Shown: positions 28,321 to 38,739 of the stretch, piece by piece
Position numbering within the stretch: position 1 is the stretch's first letter
Layout: each line of letters opens with the position of its first letter
DNA from: Patescibacteria group bacterium
GTDB taxonomy: Bacteria > Patescibacteriota > Patescibacteriia > JAXHNJ01
Reading direction: 5' to 3'
DNA: 64,000 nucleotides
Assembly (NCBI GenBank): GCA_034520665.1
Contig: JAXHNJ010000001.1
Span: forward strand, 66,579-130,578
Translations under genes and position numbers: made by a program
Notes under the pieces: model-generated
Seen by the model: only the letters and a program-made list of their open reading frames with translations
Told to the model about the DNA's origin: nothing
Database searches by the model: none

Positions 28321-29703
28321 TTAGAATGGTTCTTCCTCCAGTTTTCTTTCTAAATTTTTGAAGCAAACTTTAGTTTCATCAAAGAAAAGCTCAATTTGAC
28401 CAGTCGGACCGTTACGGTGCTTGGAAATTAAAATATCAGCAATACCTTTACGATCAGTGTCTTTTTTGTAGACTTCTTCTCGGTAAATAAAGAGAACCAC
28501 GTCGGCATCCTGCTCAATAGAACCTGATTCACGCAAGTCAGACAGTTTAGGAATAGGCGGGGTTCTTTGTTCAGTAGCCCGCGAAAGCTGTGAAAGAACC
28601 AAAACAGGGATATTCAGCTCTTTAGCAATACCTTTTAATCCTCTAGTAATTTCGGCAATTTGCTGGACTCGACTTTCAGCCTTGGCTCGACCTTCCATCA
28701 ACTGCAGATAATCAACAATAATTAAACCCAAGCCGTGCTCGGCTTGTAGACGCCTGGCTTTAGTCCTTATTTCCATAACTGAAGTAATTGAAGAATCGTC
28801 AATAAATATCGGAGCCTCAGATAAAACACCCATAGCATGACCAATTCTGGGAAAATCATCTTCTTCATCACTTTCTGAAAGTTTGCCAGTCCTCATTTTC
28901 CACAAGTCAACACTGGCTTCAGCACAAAGCATACGGTCAACCAGCTGTTCTTTTGACATTTCCAGGGAAAAGAAACCAACTGGCACTTTTACTTTAATAG
29001 CGGCCTGGCGAGCCATATCCAGGGCTAGTGAGGTTTTGCCTAGCGAAGGTCGGGCCGCTAAGACAACTAAATCACTTTTTTGCAAGCCAGCTAACATATT
29101 ATCAAGGTCAGAAAAACCAGTGGCTATACCTCGAAGTTTACCTTTTTCTTTATGCAATTCATCAATACGGTCAAAGGCTTCGGTGAGCACATTTTTAATG
29201 GGTACAAAAAGTTCCCGCATGTGTTTTTGCGAGACCTGAAAAATGGCTTGCTCAGCCTGGTCTAAAACCTCTTGAACATCATCAGTCTCTTGATAACCCA
29301 GACGGGCAATTTCTGAAGAAACGCCGATTAATCGTCTTAAAGTAGCTTTTTTCTGGACGATATTGGCGTAGTTAACAATATTAGAAGCCGTTGGTACTTG
29401 ATTAGTTAGGTCAGCCAAATAACTTTGTCCGCCAATGGCTTTAAACTGCTTTTTTTCTTTTAATTTATTGGATAAGGAGAGTAAGTCAATCGGCTCGCGT
29501 TTTTCATAAATTTCTAATATAGCTTCAAAAATAATTTTATGTTTTTCCTGATAAAAATCTCCTGGCTTGATAATATCAGCAATTTTAACAATGGCGTCTT
29601 TATCAATCAAAAGAGAACCTAAAACAGATCTTTCCGCCTCAATATTCTGAGGCGGTATTTTGCCAATCCGGGTCATATCATCGGATTTTTTTTGTTTGGC
29701 CAT
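28321..29703 (-). CDS. dnaB: Replicative DNA helicase (no intein)
   Basis: AARPSLGKT, IVDYLQL, LRESGSIEQDAD. Confidence 0.98.
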   Translation of the reverse strand: MAKQKKSDDMTRIGKIPPQNIEAERSVLGSLLIDKDAIVKIADIIKPGDFYQEKHKIIFEAILEIYEKREPIDLLSLSNKLKEKKQFKAIGGQSYLADLTNQVPTASNIVNYANIVQKKATLRRLIGVSSEIARLGYQETDDVQEVLDQAEQAIFQVSQKHMRELFVPIKNVLTEAFDRIDELHKEKGKLRGIATGFSDLDNMLAGLQKSDLVVLAARPSLGKTSLALDMARQAAIKVKVPVGFFSLEMSKEQLVDRMLCAEASVDLWKMRTGKLSESDEEDDFPRIGHAMGVLSEAPIFIDDSSITSVMEIRTKARRLQAEHGLGLIIVDYLQLMEGRAKAESRVQQIAEITRGLKGIAKELNIPVLVLSQLSRATEQRTPPIPKLSDLRESGSIEQDADVVLFIYREEVYKKDTDRKGIADILISKHRNGPTGQIELFFDETKVCFKNLERKLEEEPF

Positions 29704-29877
29704 AAAATTATCTATAAATTAAGTATAATTTATCTTATCAAATACTACTTATATAAACAAGCAGTGATTTCAACAGGATTTTACCCAGCTTTATACACAA
29801 ACAAAAAATATTAATAGATTTGATTTTTTTCTTATTTTATGATATAATATAAAAGGAATAAAATTAATATTATAATT

Positions 29878-32532
29878 ATGTTTAAAGAAAAAAAAGAAGA
29901 GACTAATAATATTGGAGAAAAAGTTAAAAATAACGAAAAACCAATTATAGAAAAATCAAATAATAATGTAGAGAGCAATTTACCCTTTTCTGAAGCGTCA
30001 AAAGAAAATAATTCAGGAAAGCAAGAAAGGCCAAGTTTAAATAAGGAAGAAACAAATAATGACCAAAAACAATTCACCTCGCCATCTTTTGCCGATGAAA
30101 AATTAAGAAAAAAATTCTCTTGGAAATTAGCAGCCCTTATTAGCGGGCTGGTTTTAATTATAGGGGGCTTTTGTGCGGTTTATTTTACAGACCTTAAATA
30201 TAAGATACCTTTTTTTCAGGCGGAAGAATCAGAGCTAGTTGGTATGATGTATGAACGCTTTAAGGAATTTAAAAGCAGTGATTTTACCATGAATTTTTTA
30301 GTGGAAGTAGCTGACCGTACAGACAAATTTAGTAAATTAAATAAAAAATCTAATTTTGGTATTAATTTAATAAATCCAGCTAAGGCCATTACTTCCTATA
30401 CTATAGAGGATATAACCACTAATATTGGCTTAGAAAAAACAAATGAAAATTCTAATAGTGCAAACTCTGATATGTTATCCTTTTTTTCCGGAGAAACTTT
30501 TGAAGAATACGAAAAAAAAATAGGGATGTATTTAGCCGGGGAGTCAAGACTTAATTTAACATTTAGTGGCAGCGGATTTGATTTATCAAAAGTAAAAGAA
30601 AAAAATGAATTACCCGATGTAGAAATGGTAGTTAATGGTGATTTTAAAACGGATTCAATGACTATGCTTATAGATTTAGCAGGAAAGTTGATAAAAGATA
30701 ATGTTTATTATAAAGTTTCTGAATTTCCTTATATTGATATTACTCAGGGACATCAAGGTGAATGGATTAAAGCTTCATCAATGAATGAAGAGATAAATGA
30801 TTTTGTCTCAAAGGTTGAAGAAAAAGGAGAGGATTTTATTAATAAAGCCAGAGATTTTATTTCTAAAACCAGAGATAAAAAACTTCTTATTTTTAAACAA
30901 ACTGGTAATAAGGTAAAGATTGAAGGTATTGAAGCTCCTGAGTTTGAAGTAGAGATAAATAGTGAAGTAGTTCCTGATTGGATAAAAAGTATTCAAAATG
31001 ATAATAGTAATACTAATATTTCTAAGATTATTAATATTAGTCAAAAAGAACTTACTCAAGAAGAAGAAAATGAAATTAAACAAAAAATAGAAAAAGCTAT
31101 GAAAAATATTAGGATCAAAGTAGCTCTTCATCCGGGGACCGGAGATCTTATGCAGTTGTCATTTAATTCGCGTATTGTACCACCTGAAGATCTAAAAATA
31201 TATAAAGACAAACAAATAAACATGGGTTTTACAGTTAAAATGTGGAATCATAATAATCCCTCAAAAGTAAAAGTTCCCTCATCTTATGTGGACGCTGATG
31301 AAATTGAACGCGAGAAACTAGGTCTTTCAAAAGAAGCGTATAGAGACAGAAAACAGGCCGAAAAGGTCCTATTTATTCGGGAAAAATTAATGGAATACTA
31401 TATTGAAAACAAAAAGTTTCCTGATAAACTTTCAAAAGTAACCCGTAATACCAAAGATTTAAACACAGAAAAAGATTATATTTATGAAGTTAAAGGCAAT
31501 AATTATAGTTTAGAATATAATATGAATGATGTTGAACAGGAGCCAAAACCTTCTGAAAAAGAATATACAAGCTACGGCATACTATATTCCACTAATTCTA
31601 AAGAAGGAATAGGAATAAATAGTATTACTAATGAAAAAAACGAATGGAGAAAAGGCAAAAATATAGCTGATCGTTATTCTCCTATTACTGACCAAATTAA
31701 AGAAAAATCTAATTTTGTAAAAAAAGGAGTGGAAAAAAGTAATTATGATGTTTTAGTGGCTAAAGAACAATCAAAAATCGTTCACCGAACAAAAGATCTT
31801 CTAAGTCGTTATAAAGCAAAATATGAAACATTTCCTGAAACCATTAATAAGCTGGAAGAAGCAGTAAATAATAATGAAATATATTATTATGATAAGAGTG
31901 ACGGTTATATGTGTGAAGATTTATTAAAAGGAGAATTTTGTCAATACATGACGGAAAATGATAACAAAACTTATAAATTTGATATTAATTTTGACTTAGG
32001 CATAGAGGATATTTCTTCTGAAGCCTCTTTATCCTTTAGACATTCTTTAGATGAATTTGTCTCAGGTAAAAATACGTTTATTGGTGGTTCTAACTTTAGT
32101 AATACTAATATTAACACTAATTCCAATAATGTTGATATGGATAATGATGGTGATGGTGATGGTATTAAAGATATAATAGAATCATATCTTGGCAGTAATA
32201 AGTATAAAAAAGATACTGATGGTGACGGCTATGATGATAAAACTGAATATTATGGCGGATATAATATAATGGGTGAAGGTAAATCAATCATCGGCGCTTG
32301 GTCGGAGTGTGTAAATTTAACCGGACTTGAAACATGCTCCGCCTATTGCCAGTCAATTGGAAAAACCTGTACGAGTGAGAAAGCAGTAACTTCTCAGGGG
32401 ATTTATGGAAAACCGGCTGAAACCTGGAATTCAGCAGCTGATTGTAAAAATGGAGCTACTTCAGCCGGTTATAATAATTGTTATTTTAATTCTAAAGCGA
32501 CTGATGCTCGCTGGAAATGTTTTTGCAAATAA
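29878..32532 (+). CDS. Large membrane-anchored surface protein with pilin-head-like segments, DxDxDG repeats and Cys-rich C-terminus
   Basis: TM near aa 82-102; DGDGDGIKD and DTDGDGYDD; 8 Cys in the last ~75 aa. Confidence 0.8.
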   Translation: MFKEKKEETNNIGEKVKNNEKPIIEKSNNNVESNLPFSEASKENNSGKQERPSLNKEETNNDQKQFTSPSFADEKLRKKFSWKLAALISGLVLIIGGFCAVYFTDLKYKIPFFQAEESELVGMMYERFKEFKSSDFTMNFLVEVADRTDKFSKLNKKSNFGINLINPAKAITSYTIEDITTNIGLEKTNENSNSANSDMLSFFSGETFEEYEKKIGMYLAGESRLNLTFSGSGFDLSKVKEKNELPDVEMVVNGDFKTDSMTMLIDLAGKLIKDNVYYKVSEFPYIDITQGHQGEWIKASSMNEEINDFVSKVEEKGEDFINKARDFISKTRDKKLLIFKQTGNKVKIEGIEAPEFEVEINSEVVPDWIKSIQNDNSNTNISKIINISQKELTQEEENEIKQKIEKAMKNIRIKVALHPGTGDLMQLSFNSRIVPPEDLKIYKDKQINMGFTVKMWNHNNPSKVKVPSSYVDADEIEREKLGLSKEAYRDRKQAEKVLFIREKLMEYYIENKKFPDKLSKVTRNTKDLNTEKDYIYEVKGNNYSLEYNMNDVEQEPKPSEKEYTSYGILYSTNSKEGIGINSITNEKNEWRKGKNIADRYSPITDQIKEKSNFVKKGVEKSNYDVLVAKEQSKIVHRTKDLLSRYKAKYETFPETINKLEEAVNNNEIYYYDKSDGYMCEDLLKGEFCQYMTENDNKTYKFDINFDLGIEDISSEASLSFRHSLDEFVSGKNTFIGGSNFSNTNINTNSNNVDMDNDGDGDGIKDIIESYLGSNKYKKDTDGDGYDDKTEYYGGYNIMGEGKSIIGAWSECVNLTGLETCSAYCQSIGKTCTSEKAVTSQGIYGKPAETWNSAADCKNGATSAGYNNCYFNSKATDARWKCFCK

Positions 32533-32684
32533 AGACTTAGAATAGTCACTATTTATTGAAAAAGTAGTTTTTTAGTTATTGTTATTACTCTAAAATTGAA
32601 ATATTATTTAAGCTTGATATTTTTAATTATCTGTGCTATCATTTCCAAAGTTAAACTTAAGTATAAGGAAAAGAATATTTTGTT

Positions 32685-32760
32685 GGGTCGTTAGCTCAGT
32701 TGGTAGAGCACCTGCCTTTTAAGCAGGGTGTCACAGGTTCGAGACCTGTACGACCCACCA
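32685..32760 (+). tRNA. tRNA-Lys(TTT) with encoded CCA
   Basis: GGGTCGT/ACGACCC acceptor, CCTGC-CTTTTAA-GCAGG anticodon arm, GGTTCGAGACC. Confidence 0.97.
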
Positions 32761-32822
32761 AAACATTCTTTTTTTAATACAATAGAATTTAGAGTACTCT
32801 GTATTTTGTGCCAAGATATTAC

Positions 32823-32866
32823 GGTTCGCTTGTCTGCTTCTGGCGGGAGACTCTTACGACCCACCA
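32823..32866 (+). pseudogene. Degenerate copy of the tRNA-Lys 3' end with a 19-nt hairpin insert in the T-loop
   Basis: GGTTCG[cttgtctgcttctggcggg]AGACTCTTACGACCCACCA versus GGTTCGAGACCTGTACGACCCACCA. Confidence 0.7.
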
Positions 32867-32970
32867 GAGGTTTTTTTATTTGACTTTTATTATATTTTTT
32901 TATAAAGTGAAATACTCGCACATTTTATTAGAAGTAATAAATGGTGTCTTTTAACCAAAAAGGAGGATTT

Positions 32971-34317
32971 ATGATTAAGCGTTATAATCCGAAAGATGTG
33001 GCTAGAATCTGGCGCTTACGTTCAAAGTTTGAATACTGGCTAAAGGTAGAGCTAGCCATGATCAAAGCCAGATACCAGCGTGGTGATTATCCGAAGAATG
33101 TTTACAAACAGATAAGAAAAAAGGCCCGCTTCAAAGTTTCCGAAGTGCAGGCTATTGATAAGATTATTCATCATGATCTTCAGGCCTTTGTTGATAATGT
33201 CCGCAGTTATCTAGATGAAAATTTACGGAAATATTTCCATGAAGAAATGACTTCCTATGACACAGAAGAGCCGGCTTTGGCCCTTCAGCTGTTAAAAGCC
33301 GGAGGGATAATACACCGTGAACTGAAAAGTCTTGCTGACTGCCTAAGAGAGAAAGCCAGTCAACACATGTGGACTTTTTGTATCGGAGTAACCCATGGGC
33401 AGGACGCCAGACCGACTACTTTTGGCTGGAGACTATGCAGCTACCTGGAAGCTATTGAAAGAGCTGATGAAAATCTGGCCTTTATACTTGAGCAGCTCAG
33501 AGAAGTCAAGATGTCCGGAGCTATTGGTAATTATCTGACTATTGATCCGGAACTGGAAGAAGAGGCTTTGAGAATTCTTAATCTTAAAGTGCGGCCGGCG
33601 GCCACCCAAATAACTCTGCGCGACAATATTGCCCGTTTCTTGGCGGAGATAGCCGTAATTGGATCTTGTCTGGAAAAAATGGCTGTTGATCTTAGGCATT
33701 GGTCTAAGACTTCAACGCTGGAGATTCAAGAGCCCCGCAGTAAAAAACAGAAAGGCTCTTCGGCTATGCCTCACAAGAAGAATCCGATTATTCTGGAAAG
33801 ATTGACCGGCCAGTCGCGCCTACTCAGAGCCAACGCCCTGGTAGCTATGGAGAATATTGCTACTTGGGAAGAAAGGGATATTTCTCAGTCTTCACCGGAA
33901 AGAATTATTTTACCTGATGCCACTGGTTTAGTGGTTTACATGCTGCGCCAAATGAACTGGGTTATTAGCCACCTGGTGGTTTTCCGGGAAAGGATGGCTT
34001 TGAATATTGATCGCACTAACGGCTGCTGGGCTAGTGAAGAAGTTAAGACCTTGCTGGCCGATACTGGTATTAATCCGGAGGATGTTTACCGATTAGTTCA
34101 AACCGCAGCTTTCCGGGCTATGGAAGAAGATACTTCCTTTATGCAGTCAGTATTGCAGGCCAGTATACCAGGAAGTGGTCAGGTAGTAGCTGAAGTAGTA
34201 TCGGCTGAAAAAATAAGAGGGTGCTTCAATTTTCAATCCAGGCTCCATGAGGTATTACCGCGAGTTTATCAAAGATTTAACCTTGATCCGGACCGAGCTT
34301 TACCGGATAACTGTTAA
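32971..34317 (+). CDS. purB: Adenylosuccinate lyase
   Basis: GSSAMPHKKNP signature, WEERDISQSSPERI; start moved to the ATG after SD AGGAGG. Confidence 0.95.
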   Translation: MIKRYNPKDVARIWRLRSKFEYWLKVELAMIKARYQRGDYPKNVYKQIRKKARFKVSEVQAIDKIIHHDLQAFVDNVRSYLDENLRKYFHEEMTSYDTEEPALALQLLKAGGIIHRELKSLADCLREKASQHMWTFCIGVTHGQDARPTTFGWRLCSYLEAIERADENLAFILEQLREVKMSGAIGNYLTIDPELEEEALRILNLKVRPAATQITLRDNIARFLAEIAVIGSCLEKMAVDLRHWSKTSTLEIQEPRSKKQKGSSAMPHKKNPIILERLTGQSRLLRANALVAMENIATWEERDISQSSPERIILPDATGLVVYMLRQMNWVISHLVVFRERMALNIDRTNGCWASEEVKTLLADTGINPEDVYRLVQTAAFRAMEEDTSFMQSVLQASIPGSGQVVAEVVSAEKIRGCFNFQSRLHEVLPRVYQRFNLDPDRALPDNC

Positions 34318-34324
34318 AAATTTT

Positions 34325-34350
34325 ACCCCGAATTTATTTCGGGGTTTTTT
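34325..34350 (+). terminator. Intrinsic terminator after purB
   Basis: accccgaa-tttat-ttcggggt followed by T-run. Confidence 0.75.
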
Positions 34351-34436
34351 CTTTACTTTTTTAATATCATTTGCTAAGATAATTAACTTGTTAATTGTGG
34401 AAAAAGAGCTCTTTAAAACCAAAGAAAGGAGAAATT

Positions 34437-35972
34437 ATGATAAAGAGAGCTTTGATCAGTGTAGCTGATAAAGAAGGTATTCTTGAATTTGCTCGTGAGC
34501 TTGACAAGATGGGAGTAGAAATTGTTTCCTCAGGGGGGACAGCTAATTTTCTCCGCGGATTCGGAATTCCGGTCACCGACGTTGAGCAAATTACTGATTT
34601 TCCAGAGATGATGGATGGACGCTTAAAAACTCTTCATCCGAGAATTCATGGCGGTATTCTGGGACGGGCTACTTCTGAAGATCGGAGCCTTCAGAGCTTA
34701 CATGGTATTCCTCGTTTTGACTTAGTCTGTGTTGACCTCTATCATCTAGTCGAGTATGCTAATGATCCTGACAGAACCTTACTTGAAGTTTTGGATAAAG
34801 TGGATATTGGTGGACCGACTATGATCCGCGGGGCTGCTAAGAATTACCATCACGGGGTAACTGTCATTTGTTCTCTGGAACACCGGTCATTGGTTATTAA
34901 AGAATTAAAAGAACACGGTCGGGTAAGAGAGCCAATGAGAGCTAAATTAGCCACTGAAGTTTTTGCTTTAATGACTCGTTATAACAGTGTTATTGCTTCT
35001 CGTATGGCTGATGAGTATGGTGAAAACTTTTTAGTAATAGCCGGTACAAATGGTGAAACACTGCGTTATGGCACTAATCCTCATCAGATAACAGCGGGTG
35101 TTCATTATAATGAAGAGGATTATAAAATCCTCTATGCTGGCAAAGACCTTTCTTATACTAACTGGGAAGAAATTGCCTGGGCTGTGGAAATGATTAATCA
35201 TTTCGATATGGAAAAAGCTTGTGCTATTTTTAAACATTTATCTCCCTGTGGTGTGGCTTTAGCTGAAAATACTAGTCTGGCCTTTAAAAGAGCCTGGTCT
35301 GGTGATCCCTTGTCTGCTTTTGGCAGTACGGTGGCCATAAACGGTTTGGTAGATGAAGCCACAGTGGATCTGATGGAAGATAAATTTTTTGAAACTTTGA
35401 TTTGTTTCAATATTTCTCAAGAAGCTCTTAATAAATTAGTCGCTTCCCACGGTAATATTCGGATAATCCAAACTAATAAGTTGTTATTTGGTCGACTCCA
35501 GCGGGAAACTAAGATGAAAATGGGTATCTGTCTTATTCAAGAGCCAGATACTTTTTTACCTGAGCTTACTAATTTCATCCAGGCGGGTAAAAAAGAAGCT
35601 ACGCAAAAGCAGCTTGAAGAGCTGATTTTTGCGGCCACGTGCTGTAAGTTTCTCTCCTCAAATGCAACGGCCATTACACGTCGCAAAAAAATGATCGGTT
35701 ATGGTCGTGGCGGTGCTTCTCGAGTTGAGGTTTGTCAAAGAGCTGTTGAATCGGCAAATAATAATGAGCACGGACTTAATCAGTCTGTGGCTGTGACTGA
35801 CGGTTTTTTCCCCTTTCCGGACGGACTGGAAGTTTTAGCTAAGGCAGGAATTAAGGTAATTGCCGGTCCCAATGCTCCAACAGCCGGTCTCAGGAGGAAG
35901 AAGGTAATAGCTAAAGCTGATGAACTAGGTGTAGCTTTTTACTACCTTGATCACCGGCTCTTTAGACATTAA
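34437..35972 (+). CDS. purH: Bifunctional IMP cyclohydrolase / AICAR transformylase
   Basis: KRALISVADK, GRLKTLHPRIHGGIL, DIGGPTMIRGAAKN, LRYGTNPHQ, DGFFPFPDG, RLFRH; start after SD AAGGAG. Confidence 0.95.
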   Translation: MIKRALISVADKEGILEFARELDKMGVEIVSSGGTANFLRGFGIPVTDVEQITDFPEMMDGRLKTLHPRIHGGILGRATSEDRSLQSLHGIPRFDLVCVDLYHLVEYANDPDRTLLEVLDKVDIGGPTMIRGAAKNYHHGVTVICSLEHRSLVIKELKEHGRVREPMRAKLATEVFALMTRYNSVIASRMADEYGENFLVIAGTNGETLRYGTNPHQITAGVHYNEEDYKILYAGKDLSYTNWEEIAWAVEMINHFDMEKACAIFKHLSPCGVALAENTSLAFKRAWSGDPLSAFGSTVAINGLVDEATVDLMEDKFFETLICFNISQEALNKLVASHGNIRIIQTNKLLFGRLQRETKMKMGICLIQEPDTFLPELTNFIQAGKKEATQKQLEELIFAATCCKFLSSNATAITRRKKMIGYGRGGASRVEVCQRAVESANNNEHGLNQSVAVTDGFFPFPDGLEVLAKAGIKVIAGPNAPTAGLRRKKVIAKADELGVAFYYLDHRLFRH

Positions 35973-35985
35973 TTTGTAATTTGAT

Positions 35986-36021
35986 AAACCCCATCACGCT
36001 TTGGCGCGATCGGGGTTTTTT
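35986..36021 (+). terminator. Intrinsic terminator after purH
   Basis: aaacccc..cggggtttttt. Confidence 0.7.
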
Positions 36022-36054
36022 CTTTGGTTTTTTTTATGCTAAAATAAAGGTAAT

Positions 36055-38730
36055 ATGACCAAAACAAAATGGTATAAATTAAGCTCTGATCAAGCTTTAA
36101 AAAAGCTTGATTCTTCAGGGCACGGGCTAAGTCAAGAAGAGGTTAAAAACAGAAAAAAAGAATTTGGAAAAAACGAATTGCCAAAGGAAAAACAAATGCC
36201 TTGGCTAAAATTATTTTTTAGCCAATTTAAAAGTTCTTTAGTTTATATTTTGCTAGCTGCTACGGTGGTTAGTTTTTTTCTGGGCGATTATATGGATGGC
36301 TATGTTATTTTAGCGGCGGTCATTATTAATGTTATTATTGGCTTTTTTCAAGAGCGTAAGGCTCAAAATGCTCTTAAAAAATTAAAAGAAGTTATTACTT
36401 TAAAAACTTTGGTTTTTCGTAATGGGCAGGAATCTGAAATTAATGTTGAGGATTTAGTGCCTGGCGATGTTTTAGTGCTTTATGCCGGTGATAAAATTCC
36501 GGCTGACGCCCGTATTATTTCAGCTAAGAATTTAAAAGTAAATGAAGCTAGTCTGACCGGGGAGGCTTATCCGATTGAAAAATTTAGCCATAAAATATCC
36601 AAAGAAACTTCTCTGCCGGACCGCCAGAATATGCTTTATATGGGTACAGTCCTAGCTGAAGGCAGTGCTCGGGCGGTAGTCACTAACATCGGAGACAACA
36701 CAGAATTTGGTAAAATTGCTAAACTGGTTAAAGAAACCGAGCAAAACAAGACTCCACTCCAGGTCAAATTAACTCGCTTTTCTCGGCGATTGGCCATTAT
36801 TGTTTTAGTGGTTAGTGCTCTTTTACTAGTCATTGGTCTTTTTACCGGTCGGGAATTTATTGAAATGTTTACTACTTCTGTAGCCGTAGCTGTTTCGGCT
36901 ATTCCCGAAGGTCTTTTAATTGCTGTTACTCTAATATTGACTATTGGCATGCAGAGAATTTTAAAACATAAATCTTTAGTGCGTAATTTACTTTCAGCTG
37001 AGACCTTGGGTTCAACCACAGTAATTTGTACCGATAAAACTGGCACCTTAACTGAAGGTATTATGCATGTTTCTCAAATTATTACTAACAAGCATGATTT
37101 TTCTACTGAAGATCCGCAAACAGCTATTAATAAGGATAGCGCTGAAAGTTTCATCTTTGCCTTAAAAATTGGTATGCTTTGTAATGACGCTTTTATTGAA
37201 AACGAGGAAGATGATTTAAAAAAATGGAAAATAGCTGGTGGCAATCCGACGGAAAGAGCTCTTTTAAATGCCGGTATTAAGCTGGGTTTGAGAAAAAGTG
37301 AATTAGAAAAAGAGTACAAAAGAATAGATGAGATTCCTTTTAACTCCACAATAAAATACATGGCTACTTTACATCATTACTCTAAAGAGCAAAATATTAT
37401 ATTTGTCAAAGGAGCCCCGGAAAAAATATTGGAAATGTCGAACTATATTGATAGTGACGGCCAGCGTATAAAAATGACCGGACCCAAGCAAAAAGAACTG
37501 AAAAAAAAGTTTGAAAAACTTTCTAATAAGGGCTTGCGTATTTTAGCTTTTGGCTATAAGCGCCTTGGAGGCCAGATTCGTTCTTTGGAAGAGTTTGAAA
37601 AAGAAGAAGATAAAGCCATAATTTTTGTCGGATTTATGGCTCTAAAAGATCCCTTGCGTAAGGAAGCCAAAGAGACCCTTAAATTAGTGGAACAAGCCGG
37701 TATTAAGTCGGTCATGATTACTGGTGATCATAAATTAACGGCCCAGTCTATTGCTCAGGAGTTGGGACTACCAGCTGAAAACGAAAATATTATAGAAGGT
37801 AAAGAATTGCAAAGATTAAGTGACTATGAACTGAAGAAAAAAGTAAAAGAAATTTCAGTCTACGCCCGAGTTTCGCCAGAAGACAAACTACGCATTGTAG
37901 ATGCTTGGCAGGCTAATGACGAGGTAGTAGCTATGACTGGTGACGGAGTTAATGATGCGCCGGCTTTAAAGAGTGCGAATATTGGCATAGCTTTGGGCTC
38001 AGGTACTGATGTGGCTAAGGGGGCGGCTGGCTTGGTTCTTATGGATGATAATTTTAAGACCATTGAAAAGGCCGTGGAACAGGGAAGGGTTATTTTTGAT
38101 AATATTAAAAAAGTAGTACTTTATTTATTATCGGATGGTTTTTCAGAAATATTATTAATTACCGGCAGTTTTATTTTGGGGTACCCTTTGCCTCTTTTAG
38201 CGGCTCAAATTCTTTGGATTAATTTAATTGATGATACTTTTCCTTCATTAGCTATGGCTATGGAGCCGGCGGATAAAGAAATAATGAAAAAAAAGCCCGA
38301 AGGACTGATTAGCAGTGTCTTAAATACAGAAATGAAAGTAATGATTGCTATTATTAGTGTTTTAAGTGCTATAGCTTCTTTTATAATTTTTGTCTATTTT
38401 TATGAAACTACCGGCAATTTAACATTGGCTCGTACTATTGCTTTTACCAATTTAGCTTTTGATTCTTTGCCTTTGGCTTTTAGTATTCGCAGTTTACGAC
38501 GTTCAATCCTGAAAATGAATCCTTTTAAAAACAAAGCCTTAGTAGCCGCAGTCATATTTTGTCTTTTTCTCCAATTGGCGGCTGTCTATGTGCCTTTCTT
38601 ACAAAGAGTGCTGCGAACCGAATCTTTGGGGCTTATTCACTGGGGAGTTATTGTATTAACTACTTTGATAGAAATAATTATTATTGAAATTACTAAACAC
38701 TTTTTTGCGTCAAAAAAAAGAAAAAATTAG
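36055..38730 (+). CDS. Cation-transporting P-type ATPase (Ca2+-type, P2A-like)
   Basis: LTGE, IPEGL, DKTGTLT, KGAPE, MTGDGVNDAPAL. Confidence 0.96.
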   Translation: MTKTKWYKLSSDQALKKLDSSGHGLSQEEVKNRKKEFGKNELPKEKQMPWLKLFFSQFKSSLVYILLAATVVSFFLGDYMDGYVILAAVIINVIIGFFQERKAQNALKKLKEVITLKTLVFRNGQESEINVEDLVPGDVLVLYAGDKIPADARIISAKNLKVNEASLTGEAYPIEKFSHKISKETSLPDRQNMLYMGTVLAEGSARAVVTNIGDNTEFGKIAKLVKETEQNKTPLQVKLTRFSRRLAIIVLVVSALLLVIGLFTGREFIEMFTTSVAVAVSAIPEGLLIAVTLILTIGMQRILKHKSLVRNLLSAETLGSTTVICTDKTGTLTEGIMHVSQIITNKHDFSTEDPQTAINKDSAESFIFALKIGMLCNDAFIENEEDDLKKWKIAGGNPTERALLNAGIKLGLRKSELEKEYKRIDEIPFNSTIKYMATLHHYSKEQNIIFVKGAPEKILEMSNYIDSDGQRIKMTGPKQKELKKKFEKLSNKGLRILAFGYKRLGGQIRSLEEFEKEEDKAIIFVGFMALKDPLRKEAKETLKLVEQAGIKSVMITGDHKLTAQSIAQELGLPAENENIIEGKELQRLSDYELKKKVKEISVYARVSPEDKLRIVDAWQANDEVVAMTGDGVNDAPALKSANIGIALGSGTDVAKGAAGLVLMDDNFKTIEKAVEQGRVIFDNIKKVVLYLLSDGFSEILLITGSFILGYPLPLLAAQILWINLIDDTFPSLAMAMEPADKEIMKKKPEGLISSVLNTEMKVMIAIISVLSAIASFIIFVYFYETTGNLTLARTIAFTNLAFDSLPLAFSIRSLRRSILKMNPFKNKALVAAVIFCLFLQLAAVYVPFLQRVLRTESLGLIHWGVIVLTTLIEIIIIEITKHFFASKKRKN

Positions 38731-38739
38731 CAAGAAAAA

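Noticed and set aside
32691-32921. 76-aa minus-strand ORF
   Set aside because: Antisense to tRNA-Lys.
32941-32970. MVSFNQKGGF as a prepilin-like leader on PurB
   Set aside because: It is the translated SD region; the likely start is 32971.
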